Counted from the first letter of the stretch, positions 38,333 through 51,364 are shown. The stretch: DNA of 64,000 nt from Podarcis cretensis (GCA_951804945.1 OX638155.1:75144001-75208000); one strand, 5' to 3'. Program-made: numbers and translations. The notes: a model not told the origin generated them from the letters alone.

Positions 38333-39156
38333 GTGTTGCGGTGGGGTCTACTGAGCCACCCCCTTTGTTGCTGGGTAAGTTCTCCAGGATGGCCAGGGGG
38401 CATTGATTGGATTGCCGAGTTGCTGGGGGAAAAGTTATGTTGCAATTTTGGTGGGAGGGGTAAAAGGTTTAAATACTCTGCACGTAGCCTTGTACTTTCT
38501 CTTTTGCTGCGTGCAACGGATCACCCGCCCACCCGCCCTAGAATAAGGGGTTCTCGCGTTGACCTTGCTATGCCTGTCATGGGGTCGTCTGCCTTTGAGC
38601 AGGGGCCTGGTAGGAATTTTTCCACCTGGCAAATTGGCTGGCTGGGTGGTTTTTGCCTACTGCGTAGCAAATTGTCACAACTTGTAAGGTTGTGGTTAGG
38701 CATTGGTTATAAATCTGGTGGAGGAGGGGTTAGGATAGGCTGGGCCTGCCCCTCCATGGAGGGGTTAGGATAGGCTGGGCCTGCCCCTCCATGGTTGCTG
38801 CGGAAAGGGAATTCCGTTAAAGGAATCCTGGGGCTTGCCATCTTTTCGTCCAATCCCTGGAATGGGACTAGGGCCGGCAAGCCTTCGGGGAGCAGGCGGG
38901 TGAGGGTTGAGGGTCTGTGTCTCAGCTCCAATTCTTCCCCGACTTGCTTTCCCCCGCACTGTCTTTCGGTGGTGCCCGGAAGTCAGTTCTGTCCCCAGGC
39001 GGGGGGACAGATAGTCTTAACCAATGCCTAAACAACCACTCACAGTTTGTATTTTAATAAAGTTGTGGCCAAAATCATGCCAAAAATCTTAAACAAAAAA
39101 TTACGTGTCCGTTGTGAGTTATTTTGGGGGGTGGATTGGGGACCTCAACACGCAAG
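38333..39156 (+). mobile_element. Unclassified LTR-like structured repeat, copy 1 (TATA, ENE-like hairpin, long-range stem, AATAAA)
   Basis: GC-rich block sharing collinear motifs with 55.9-56.68 kb: CCCACCCGCCC, GCAGGGGCCTGGTAGGAATTTT, TTAGGCATTG, ATTCCGTTAA.GGAAT, CAATGCCTAA, AATAAAGTTGTGGCC. The 5' boundary is approximate and no TSD was seen. Confidence 0.7.
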
Positions 39157-40643
39157 AGATAAATAGAAAACAATTTTTTTTTTTATTCCATGGCACTGTA
39201 TAAAAGCAGGAGTAAAAACTAAACATTTGGCTTTTTTTTTGAAAAGTCATGAAAATGTAGATACTGATCTATAATCTGGTATGCAGATTACAGTACAATC
39301 CTAACCATGTCTACTCAGATATGTCCTACTGAAGTCCTTTTAAAAACCATCAAATTGACTGGTTTTAATAGTATTCTTCTGCAGGTTATAAAGCACAATA
39401 AATAATACTGTAATTATTTGTAACACTGCCATTCTACTAAACCTGTTGTTTGACTTGGAGGCAACTTTCTCCTACATCGCTAAGAAGTATTTGCATAACT
39501 GGAATAACATGTGACAAAACTTAGTTGTATGGTATAGATAGTTTATCCTTGATTCTGATCCATTCCGAAATAGACAATACTGGGATTGATGGATACAGCG
39601 GCACTAATAAATGTTCTCAGTAAAAACAGAACTCTGTAAAAGGCAAATAACAGGGCAAGTTATATCAAAATATTTCAAAATTTAGTGGCATGGGGAAAAT
39701 GGATTTTTATTTTGCCCTTCAACTACTTGTATTAATCTCAGAGGTCATGCATAGTCTGTAGGTGACACACTTAAGCTTCAAGGAAACAGGATGGTCATTT
39801 GCTATACAAATGCGTTTTGACATAATATCACTAGATTCAATCCCTCAAGAAGCAACTTGTCCATCTAGTTCCTTCTGTCTGAAGAAAACAGGTCAGACTG
39901 TGAACATCATTTGGCACTGGTTACAACAGCAATAAAAGGCTTGCTGCAAATCAAAGGGGTGTGGAGAATATGGGGAACTTCCCATCACCAGAATTATAAC
40001 TAAATATCTGTAAATTACAGTTATTATAAAATTATATTTTAAAAGAAACCTCTGTATGTCTTTCAACAGCTGTTGAAGACAACCAGCCATCTGTATCAAT
40101 TAGTAGCCAAAACATGCACCATCATTTGCATAAGAAGACACATCCAGTCTCTTTAATGAGTTTGTTGAGCATCATGACATAGGTTGGATGATGTATATCC
40201 ATGGGTATGGAAGACTGCTTACATGGGTAAATATTTCTTGATAGACCAATAATAAAATGTGGTTTTCAAAATCCTCTATTTCCATATGTTCCACAGGATG
40301 AAGAGTGAGATTTACATAAAGGAGTATGTACAATAACTGAAATAAAGATATGAATTGTAGATTCATCTCTGTTTGCAGCCCAGCGGGTTACTTATTATTA
40401 GTTATGGGCAATCAGCCTACACAATACAAAATTAGGTAACTATTGGTCCTAGTCTGTGCCCTAAGGACTATTGATTGGTCAGTTGTTGCTAATCACAAGG
40501 AAAGTTGGACAAATAAATGGTTGTTGGTTTTGGCAAGCCTAACAGGCTGTGAATTGCTAAAGCCTCTCTCTATGAAGAAAGGAATCCCTGTCCTACAAGA
40601 CTGGGTAGGACCTGGCAACACACATCATGAAGTGATTGCTGGC

Positions 40644-40686
<43 letters not shown>

Positions 40687-40851
40687 ATGCATGTGCAAGC
40701 TTGCAGCTCGTTTGCCAGCAGAGGGTGAAGATGGACTCCAGAGAAACTGGGCAATCTGTTTGTCATGACTGATTGGGAAGGTGGGGGCAGAGAGATTGAG
40801 AGAGAGAAGGGTTTTTTGGTTCCAGACTTTCTTTGGGGAGTGGGTGCAGCC

Positions 40852-40976
40852 CAGTGGCGTAGCGTGGGTTGTCAGCACCCAGGGCAAGGCAAGTAATTTG
40901 CGCCCTCTAACCCTAACCCCCAGATGTTGCGCCCAGTGCGCCCGGCCCCCCCTGCACCCCCCACGCTACGCCACTG
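40852..40976. mobile_element. hAT (Tip100-like) MITE
   Basis: Terminal inverted repeat CAGTGGCGTAGCGTGGG / CCCACGCTACGCCACTG; TSD GTGCAGCC/GTGCAGTC. Confidence 0.88.
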
Positions 40977-42159
40977 GTGCAGTCCCATCTGCCCAAACTA
41001 AGAAACAATGCTTACAATCCACCAAACTAACACATGGCCTTCTGTAACCCACTTATCATCTGTCTTCTTATGTGCTGTCACTGGACACACTGGAAACCAA
41101 ATTCGTAATTAAGCAGAGAATGAAAGATATGGATTCCAGGAGTTATATGGATCAGCTAATGAACCATATATAGCATGAGCTTGATGTCACAATTTTGTTG
41201 GCTCACTTTCTCTAACAACCTATATGACAGTTTTGCCAAAGTTCCCTTAACAACAGTTACTGTAAAGCATTAAAATAGGCCAACGAAACTGATCTTATTT
41301 ACTTATGTATAGTAATTTATCCTAGTTTTCTATCTTACCATATTAATGTGTGAGGCAGGAGGTCTGTATGATGTTTCTAGCTATGAAGCTGTACCAGTGT
41401 GCTGCCTTCTGTTTTCTGTTCCAGTGTAACTATTTGATAGATATTTCCTCATGATTCTCAATTGAGTCTATTTCTGTGAAAGATAGCATCATCACCTAGT
41501 CATTTCTCCGCAAGAAAAGGAATGAAATCCACTTGTGACTGTATCATTTTGATGGAACATCCTCAAGAGATTCCACAGCTAAGGAAGACTGTTTACAACC
41601 CTAACATGGAGACAGCCGCTTGATCTCGCTATGGCTAAGGGCACCTGAGCATCAACCCTATTTAGTTTACAAAGAGAAAGGACTGTTTCTAAAAAGACTA
41701 AAGACAAACTGGCTTTACAGAAAGCCAGAGGAACATATGGAAGAAAAGGAATAAAATAAAAGGATTTTAGCTGGCAGAGCAAACAAGAAAGTAAACAAAA
41801 TAGCCCTTGAAGGGAAAAAACTTGGGAGTTATTTAGACAGCTACCAGACACATCTTGCAAAGGGGGCAGCTTTTGTTACAAGAAATGTTTACTGTGGCGA
41901 GGGAAAAGAATTTAACACAGACAAGGGGAAAAAGGCTGTTTATCAGGAGTCATTTAACCAAGGCCCAAGAACCTAGTTTATTTGATTTATGTTCTAATAC
42001 AAACAAAAACCAAATTACGATATCAAAGTTGGGCTGACCATGGTCTCCATTTTTCAAGACTGTTCATCTTTAGATGAAACAGGGGAAGTGGGTGGTGAAT
42101 CTGAGGCAGGTGAACAAATTCTAATATTTTTGTGTGGCAGGGTACCTTCATATACAAAG

Positions 42160-42507
42160 GTAAAGGTAAAGGGCCCCCTGACCATTAGGTCCAGTCGTGA
42201 CCGACTCTGGGGTTTCGGCGCTCATCCGCTTTATTGGCTGAGGGAGCTGGCGTACAGCTTCCAGGTCATGTGGCCAGCATGACTAAGCTGCTTCTGGCAA
42301 ACCAGAGCAGCGCACAGAAACACCATTTACCTTCCCACCAGAGCGGTACCTATTTATCTACTTGCACTCTGATGTCCAACTCCTAGGTTGGCAGGAGCAG
42401 GGACCGAGCAAAGGGAGCTCACCCCATCACGGGGATTCGAACTGCCGACCTTCTGATCAGCAAGTCCTAGGCTCTGTGGTTTAACCCACAGTGCTACCCG
42501 CGTCCCT
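42160..42507 (-). mobile_element. Sauria SINE (tRNA-derived head, Bov-B-like tail, (ACCTTT)n end)
   Basis: 13-bp TSD TTCATATACAAAG at 42147-42159 and 42508-42520. B-box GTTCGAATCC on the minus strand; tail GAGTCGGTCACGACT. Confidence 0.9.
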
Positions 42508-44688
42508 TTCATATACAAAGTAGCCAAGGTTTATTTGCTTGATTGAAAGCCTTGCCACTGCTTCAAGTGACAGCTTGACTGGCACTACTCTACCTACCAA
42601 CGCTGCAAATTGGACACTTGATGGACATACTGACATGACCATTCATAGTTGGCCTGTATTCCAGACACCAGAGCAAGGGAAGGTCCATGTGTACAACATA
42701 GGAACAAGGGTAGAATGGGACACTCAATGGTTTCCCCCTCCCATTCAACAAATGCATGTCCAACAATGTTTCTATCCATCAGCCTCTTTTAAATGGCAAT
42801 TACTGTTTGACACCCAACAACAACTGTAATCACAATGTCAAGGAAACCACCTACTCTGAGTTTTAATCTACATAAAGGAACCAAAGACACTTATTGGAAT
42901 TTATTTGCTGTATGCACTTCATGCCTGCAGTAAAGATTCTAAGGACTCTGAGTAGGCAGATAGTCTCGCTGGAATCAGTAAAAATACATAGGTTTATGCT
43001 GCAAATCATACCACACTACCACACTGCCATGTTGAATTTATAGATTGCATACAGTGAGTGGAAGTTATACCAAAAGGTAAATAAATTCCAGCATTGCTAG
43101 TTCACAGTTTTTCTCAAGTACTGCTAGAAATAGGGAAGAACTCTGTTCAGTTTCCATACGAATTCACATAATTTGCACTTCCTGAACAGATATGTGAAAC
43201 ACAGATAATCTTCAAAATGTGCACTTCTCTGAATTTTGTGACAGTGTCATCCAATAAAAAAGTGTACCCCCAAAAATACACATATTAGAGAAACGTAAAT
43301 GGACATAGCAGTGAAAATAATATAGAATACACTTCCAAAAATGTGTTTATGAATGTGTCTTAAGATAAATGAACACAGAAATATGTATAAATACTGATGA
43401 AGGCTTTTGCTGTGGTTATGACTTATAAACCCTATATGGCTTAGACTATCTGAAGGACCACATTCTCACATAGGAACCTGTCTGAGCGCTCAGTTCTTCT
43501 GTGGCAGCCCTTCTTTTAAGTCCTCCCACCTTCACAATCACCCTTTGTGTAAAATTAATACTTCTCAATTTAGCTGTATTCATTTTTATCCTCTGTACAA
43601 TCTAGAGAACTCAGATAAAGTTAATAATGCTGATGATTTTGGTTTGATAGTCTGTAGTGAGCATCCATATATTCAGAAATTCCAGTGATAAAGCAACTGT
43701 TCATATGAACCTACATTCCTTCAGGTATTCCGTAACAGTATGCATACAGTATTTCTGCTGCTGAAAAGAACATTTTAAGATCTAAAGATCAGAGAATCAG
43801 AGTTTCTGCACATCACTTCATGCAGTTTAATGTAGTAGAAACCATGGATTCATTGAAAAACTTCACAGGGGAAAATATTAACTTTAAATTTCACCTCACA
43901 TCTGTTCGTAGGAACCAGAAGTGAAGAAAAATGGACTCAAAAGTGAAAAGGACACTTAAAACATATCCTAAATTCTTGAGTGGATATAACGCCCTATAGG
44001 TGTGATTCCTAAGAAAGTTCCAGATGAATAAAATTTCCTCCACCATCTGCCTCTTTTGAAAACAGTCAATTAGTGACTTAATTGACTTGGCACCTTGTAC
44101 AGTGTAGTACACATATGCTATGCCTTATCAAGCGATTCGCTTTTCACTGAGTTATACAAAAGCTGTCTCACAGCTTTGTGACTATTTCATTTTACAAACA
44201 TGTTGCAGTTTGAGAAAAGAAATGATGCCCAAGGGTTAAAGTCTTCTCTGTGCTGGATTATGAACACATTACTTCGGTAGGCCACAATGCACCATACTGG
44301 CATACCAAATGTTATTTATTACTTATTGCTCTCCTTATTGTGGCTTTGTTTTGAAAGCCTGGGGGAGGACTGCAAAGACATCAGGTTGCCTTTAAGGGGA
44401 ATGTGAGAAAGTTATTTGTGATGCAAAAGAAACATAATCTGCCACCCCAATTTGTCTTCTTGTTCACTTTAAAACTTTTCTTTACTCTCTCCTTTTATAT
44501 TCACAGGGTTCCTCTTATTCAAAAACAAATCTTACATGGCCCTAACCTGGAGCTTGAGTTACACTTACATTTCATTTATATCAATAGGATTTCAGTTGTA
44601 ATATAGTTCCATTTTTTTAAAATTGAGCGAAACTCTTCCAGAGTACACCAATGCATTTGTCACCAGGCCAGACACAATTGATATGGTT

Positions 44689-44735
<47 letters not shown>

Positions 44736-44887
44736 TTATTTCTACCTCACCCATTTGGCCGGGTTTTCCCAGCCACTCCAGATGGCTTTAAATATGTAGG
44801 TTTATTAATTGAAATGAAATATATGTTGTAGCTCATACTTAAGCCTTGACTAATTTTCCATATTTTACTTGTTTCACTTTGACCTGG

Positions 44888-45409
44888 TGTCAGGCTTCAG
44901 GAAATCGACTTCCTCCCCTGTGGCTGTAAATAAGCAGATCAAATGAAAGGAAATGCTTACCAGTTAGTTACTTTAATAAACACAGTGAGGGACAAAAGAA
45001 AGTGTCTACCTCGAATGGCAGTGCTCCCAATTAAAGCTCACACCCCCTCCACCCCTATTAATCTACATCACTCCTACGTTTTGTAATCTGACTTTGCATT
45101 TCAGTTGCATTTCAATCTGAGTTTGCATTTCAGTTCTGAGACTTTCTGAGCTCTTCTCGACCTGGGGGAGGGCGGTTGAGGAATGCTGTCCAAAGTCTGA
45201 ATCTGTTAACCCTCTCTCTCCCAGTGTTTCTTCTCCTAGCTGTTCCCTATCCAGCATTTCCCAGATTCTGCCCTCTGAACTATGGAAACCACTATTCCAA
45301 ATCTATACTGTTCTCCTGCTCCTGGGAAGATTCAGGATCAAGATCAGGGGGAGGGGGTGGCTCTCACCATTCTTCCTCAGTGCAGCCCTCCTCAGCATGG
45401 TCCCTGACA
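44888..45409 (-). mobile_element. Solo LTR (522 bp)
   Basis: TGTCAGG...CCTGACA termini; TSD CCTGG/ACTGG (4/5). Minus-strand ATTAAA near 44972 suggests the orientation. Confidence 0.7.
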
Positions 45410-46740
45410 ACTGGTTCTAGAACAAGGGTGCACATACTAGGCACATTCAAGTTCACCCAATCCAACCCCTTCACATGAACAGTACCACTTAAAATGTTTC
45501 CCAGCATGAACAGGGATTATTTTCAGAATGAGGGTCACATTCTCTTCTGTGCAAACTTACAAAGGCCACATGCTACTGAGAAGGAGGTATACACACAAAT
45601 GGATGGAATAATAAATAGAACTTTTGCCTTTCTACTGTAGGCTACTTTCTAGATATGCTCACCATGCCTTTCTGCCTTTAACCCAGGTTACCAGGAAGCA
45701 TGATCAGATTTCAACAACACATTCTTGCCGAGCCAAGGCTCTCAAGGATACACTGAATAAAAACTACAGCATTAAAAAACAATCTGCCCACATAACTGCC
45801 CATGTGCAAGGGCTTCCTATATTTTCTACAAAGTCAACATTTAATAGTTCTCCATATTTATAAAGCATTTCCCTGCTTATAGAAAAGAACAAAGACTTGG
45901 GATTCCTCTGAATATGCAACAGATCAGCTGTAAAGGAGGGGGTGCCTTTTAAAATATTTTGAGGGATCTGAAGCAATATTTCTCATACTCTCTTGACACC
46001 GTTTTCTTCCTCATGAAAATGTGGGTTTTATTAGTAGCTATTTGTAGTTAAATGTAGTTATTTGTATGCAAAACTCTTTACAACTGCCTTTCAAACTCTG
46101 TAAAGCATCATTTGCAATTATGATAATGATGATAAAAAAATAATAGACTAACTACAAAAAAAAACCTTGAAACCCACTGCTAGAGAAATATTCTCCATTA
46201 TGAAATGATTTATCTATTTGACATTCCTTATATTTATAAAATAGAAAGTAACATTTAATGTGTGTAATCTATAACAAAACACTGCAAATCCATCAAATAT
46301 ATGCAGAGTACTATTCCACAACAAAATAACCCCTCATTGTTCCCAGCTAAGAAAAAATATATATTCATACATCAGGGTTCTACATTTAATTGACAGCTTA
46401 CAGAATGTATTTTCCATCTAAATTATTTTATGATCAGGTTAATGACTCCAGTACTACTGTTGTGATGTCCTTTGTCAGCATTTTGGCTAATCTGTTTTAT
46501 TTACATATAAACACACACAGAGGACTGCAACATGGTTTCCTCTCTCGTTAGCATCAGACAGCAAAGAAAGAACAAAGGACAATAAGTCCCACTTCACGGA
46601 ACACAATAACACAAACATCCGAATCCGTCACTTCCCACTCTGTGGAGTCAAAACATATACTGTCATGTGAGAGACAAAAATCCCATGACTGCAATCATGG
46701 AGCAGGAATTCTAACAGGGGGCAGAACAGGGTGGAATGGG

Positions 46741-46779
<39 letters not shown>

Positions 46780-47360
46780 GAAATGGGATGGAAGGAGGGA
46801 GCTTATACGTGCGGCACCATCATGTGCAATGACCCGGAATGCAACCCACTCAAGTAGAGGGTTGCCTGTATTTCAAAACGGAGACAGCAATGGGGGGAGG
46901 AAAAAGCTCTAACATTTCAACACTGTTTTTTCATCATGAATGTGATAATTAAAATACCAATGGGTGACACCCAACATTAGTAATACTCAGAGCAGATACA
47001 ATGAAATCAGTTGACTTCAGTCTATTTATTTCAGCAAGTCTACTTTGAGGCTGAATTCAGACAGCATTTTATACCTTCTTCATGACATTGCTTTACCTGC
47101 TCATTTTTTAAAAAAAAAAAATCATGTGATCTTTCACACAGTGTAAAATAGATTTCTAGAAATATAAGTTTGCTCATTTCCATGTTAATCATTTCAAGAA
47201 GGAAAAAAAAAATCAACTTGCAACACCATTAACATAGAAAATCACAGGAGCCTGGTGTGGACGAAATTTGTGATGGTATACCAGCAGACATTTCTTTCAC
47301 ATCGTGTAAAATTTAGTGTGATGTGGCAGTATATTGATTCCATAATACAACCAAGTAGTG

Positions 47361-47598
47361 GGAGCCAGCATGGTGTAGTGGTTAAGAGCGGTGGACTCGT
47401 AATCTGGAGAACAGGGTTCACTTCCCTGCTCCTCCACATGCAGCTGCTGGGCTAGTCACACTTCTCTGAAGTTCTCTCAGCCTTACTCACCCCACAGAGT
47501 TTGTTGTGGGGGAAGAAGGGAAAGGAGATTGTTAGCCACTTTGAGCTAACAAAGGGGAGTGAAAGGCTGGATATCAAGTCCAAACTCTTCTTCTCTTC
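47361..47598 (+). mobile_element. tRNA-derived SINE (Squam3-like)
   Basis: A-box TGGTGTAGTGG, degenerate B-box and (CTT)n tail; matches 1712-1935. Confidence 0.8.
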
Positions 47599-47599
47599 T

Positions 47600-48160
47600 A
47601 GTGCAGTGTTAAATAGCATGGGGGACAAGATGGAACCCTGCACCAAACAATGTGTATTCTATTTTCTGGAACAACCCTGGATGTAGGAGTAGACGTACAG
47701 TGACTCCAATCCTCAGTTGCTCTATGAGGATACCATGGTAAATGGTACTGAAAGTAGTTGAGAGGTCAAGGAGCAATAGCAGGGCCACACTCCCATCATT
47801 CTCCTGACATATCCCAGGGTGATCAAGGTGACCTGGCCTGAAGCTGGACTGAAATGGATCCAGATTATCCATTTCCTCCAAACATAACTGAAGCTGGGCT
47901 ATCACAGTCTCAAGCACCCTGGCCAAATAAAGGATATTTGACACAAGGGGATAGTTGCTTAACACTTCTGGGTCCATGGAGAGGAAGAGAGGATACACCA
48001 TGGCATCCTTCAAGGCAGATAGTACCCTGCCTTCTAATGAAGCATTCATCACCCCTTGACCCCCTGAGTCAGTCCTCTTGGGCTAGCTCCAAGAAGCCAA
48101 GATGGGCAAGGATCAAGAGGATAGACAGTTGGCCACGCTTCTCCAAATTCAGCTGAACAT
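47600..48160 (-). mobile_element. Decayed L2-clade LINE RT fragment
   Basis: Minus-strand peptides NYPLVSNILYLARVLE, LDPFQSSFRPG, LLLLLDLSTTF and QGSILSPMLFN. Confidence 0.75.
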
Positions 48161-49625
48161 GGTCAGTGCAAATGTTTTAGCATAATATTTCTTAAATGAA
48201 TTTAACACTATAATTGCTAATAATGTTGTTTGTTGTAAGGAACATGGCATATCATTTTGCAACAGAGCTATTACGGATCATTAGACCAATTATCGATACT
48301 AAAGACACACTCTGAATTTTATACCCCTTGCCATACACAAGCCTGAATTCTATAAGAAATAATGAAATTCATTTTGAAGTACCTCAAATAAAGTAGCTCC
48401 AGAAATCACATATTTTGCAGGTTTCTGTGATGTTTTAATAGCCTGTTAAGCCTACTTGTATTTAAGTTTAAGTTAATATCATTTTCATTACCATGTAATA
48501 TCATTTCATCATGTTTATTTCTCCTTTCCCTTGATATGTAAGAAAGCTGTCATACCTCCACGAGTACCCATTAAATCTTCTGGCTATCAAAAAATAAGTG
48601 AGAATTCTGCAATGACTATGATTAGCAATTAAGTAATGTTAAATAGTTTGCAGGTGCTAACTTGCTTATTCATGTTTCTTACGATGCTATATTTAAGATT
48701 CAGAACTGTTCAGTGAGAAGACCCAGAGCATGTCACACTTTGTTTTATGGCAAGTTATTTATTTTCAAACTGAAAATATTGTACCTGCTACATTGCTTTC
48801 TAACTGCATTAAATAGCTGTAGGATGAATAAAGGAACAAGTTATTCCAATTCAACTTTCTAGAACATTAATTAAATAATAAAATTTGTGAATCGTTAAAC
48901 ATCACAAGGAATTCTTTGCAACTGCTGCTGAACTGAGTCTCTCGTCCCTACTAGGAAGATATCCCCAGATTAAATTTGATTGCATCGTCAGGGAATTGGA
49001 TATTTTCAATATCTGCAGCATCTGTTAATCAGCAATTCCAAAACATTTTCTACCACTGGGTTTCTGTTTTACCATTTGTGCTGTGAAATGAACAGTGTTA
49101 GAATCCAGATTATTCCAACATCTGAAACCAAAACTGGGAATGAAAAATGTTTGTGAGATGTATGTGAAGCTAGTGCAGAGGGAATCACTGATCTTACCAC
49201 CTGGTGTATTTATGTTGTATTAGATTTGAATGTTCAGTGAAAATAAATAGTACTGCTATACTCTTCAACAATATTACAGAAGGACCGATTTACCCATTGG
49301 CAGGAATGGTGGATTTGTTCCACTGGTGTGTATGCACTGCACCCAAGTACCTGATGCGCAACTCCTCCCCCTCCCATTAAGCAACACTAACCCATTTGCT
49401 CAGAACCTAGCATAGCAGCTCTGTCCCACCCAGGGACAGGATTGTTGACCAAAAAAAATGTACCCAGAAGTTAACTAGGAAAAATTATCAAAGTTGAAAT
49501 TTAACCAGGTTCAGTCTATTTTCATCACATCAATTGCAGTGTATCAATGTAGCTAATGCTCTTACAGCACTAACAAGTCTCTTTTCCCCTTGGAATTCTT
49601 TAAATAGGTTTTGGTCCACTGCTCT

Positions 49626-49671
<46 letters not shown>

Positions 49672-51205
49672 CTCCTAGCAGTTTGATATATTTGACACCA
49701 GTCCCTTGCATAGGGGTAAAATAGCACATACAAATGATTTTAAATCCTGAAAGAGGTGTAACAAAACACTGTATAGACTAATTAAAATTCCATTAATTTA
49801 TCATGAAGAGTTTTTGGATCATGAATCGTATCTATGTCTTTGCAGAGAGAAAATAGGAGCTGAGAATCACAAGGCCAGGGCCTGCCAAATTCTAGTCTTA
49901 GTACAGCAGTGGGACTGAAGGAGCGTTCAAGCACATCTCTAGCAATCCCTTCTTTACAACTACAAAGAGCTCTCTTCTCTTAAGGAATGATGGAGTGGAG
50001 TGTATTTAATATTGTCCCCCTGATTCACCAACTTGTTTTCAAGACTGGCTGCTCTGAGAGTTGTGTTCCTGACTTAAATTTTGTCACCGGTCATCCATAT
50101 GGCTTTTACACTTTGAGAAAGGATAAATTTCTATACCCATAACCTTCTAGCAACTGAGAGAGAAATATAACCAGGTAGACTGTACAGGATCAATAATTCA
50201 CATAGCCGTTTACAATGAAATCCCTGAAGTCCCTTTCCACTGTTCTCTCAGTGCCTTCACAGAAATGCCATGGAGAAGCAATAGTCTTATTTCAAATAAT
50301 GTTTATCACACTGTTCATGGATCATTCTTTAGGAGAAAACGGTATATGTCATGGCCTGGTATGGAGCTTACTTATCTCACAGCACAAAAGAAATGCTCTC
50401 TGAATTTCTGCACATGCCCTTTACACACCATTCCTTTTCACTCCATTATTAAACCCGCAACAAAAAAGAAAGAAAGAGAAAGAATGAGGGTTGTATCCCA
50501 TGTTATTCATTCAATGAGCAAGCCCACTGGAATTGATAGACCTAACAAACATTGGTCCATTAATTTCAGTGGGTCTACAACAAGTGGAAATTAGCTGGCT
50601 ACAACCTTGAAAATACAATTTTATTAGCTAGGCACCGGTAACTTGCACAAGCATAAGCTAATATACAAAGGCCAAGTGTGGACAACTTCTGACTTGTGGA
50701 AACTATTAGGAAGAACCTTCCAGTTCTCAACACTGGATCTGCAACATGCTGATCTGCACCTTTCATCACCTTCCCAGTCGTAACATGACAGCTCCATTCC
50801 TTAGCCAGTGGGCCATTATTGAATAGGGTACATCCCCTTCAAGGTGGCCATGTTGGGTTAGTGGTCATCACCCTTCAGGTGTCTCAAGACCTGCTCAGTC
50901 TTGATAAAAATAAAATAAAATATCCAATTAGCCCAAGCATGAAACAGTATAGACTGGGTGCCGAAGGTGTCCTAAACAGCTATTCAGAGACCATTCAAAA
51001 ATATCCTAATCATGCCCACAGTTGTAAAATAGATGATCTCTTACTGTTACACAAAAATAAGTGGATAGGTCTAAAAGGATTATGAAGGTGTAACACCACA
51101 GTAAGTCAGATATTATTTGGCAAAATGAATCTGATGACGCTGTGAATATGCTTGTGTATTCATCAACTTACCTTAAGTTCTCTATATTTATGCTTTTGTT
51201 AGCTT

Positions 51206-51364
51206 CAGTGCTTTTTTTTTGTTAAAAAAGATATGTTTAGGGGTGCTCTCATTTTCCTACTCATATTGAAATACTGCTCCTCAATGAGGCCAAACTTAGA
51301 TTCACAAAATGTTTAGGGGCATGCATCCCCCTGCACCCCCCCAGAAAAAAAAAAAAAACCACTG
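51206..51364. mobile_element. hAT MITE, same family as 2367-2512, opposite orientation
   Basis: Perfect 8-bp TSD GTTAGCTT; shared core AAACTTAGATTCACAAAATGTTTAGGGG. Confidence 0.88.

Noticed and set aside
37467-39031. Cluster of overlapping 60-170 aa ORFs on both strands
   Set aside because: By-product of GC-rich MITE and repeat sequence. No domain motifs, and the frames are not conserved in the second copy at 55.9-56.7 kb.
38609-39156. MALAT1-like locus (ENE plus genomic A-rich tract plus tRNA-like mascRNA)
   Set aside because: No adjacent encoded A-rich third strand with matching interruptions and no tRNA-like cloverleaf downstream. A canonical AATAAA is present instead, which fits a PAN-type arrangement better.
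40907-40920. CTAACCCTAACCC telomere-like motif
   Set aside because: Only two units inside a 125-bp MITE; not an interstitial telomeric array.
47361-47440. tRNA-like A/B boxes (also 1860-1935 and 42430-42507)
   Set aside because: These are SINE heads running into SINE bodies and tails, not cloverleaf tRNA genes.
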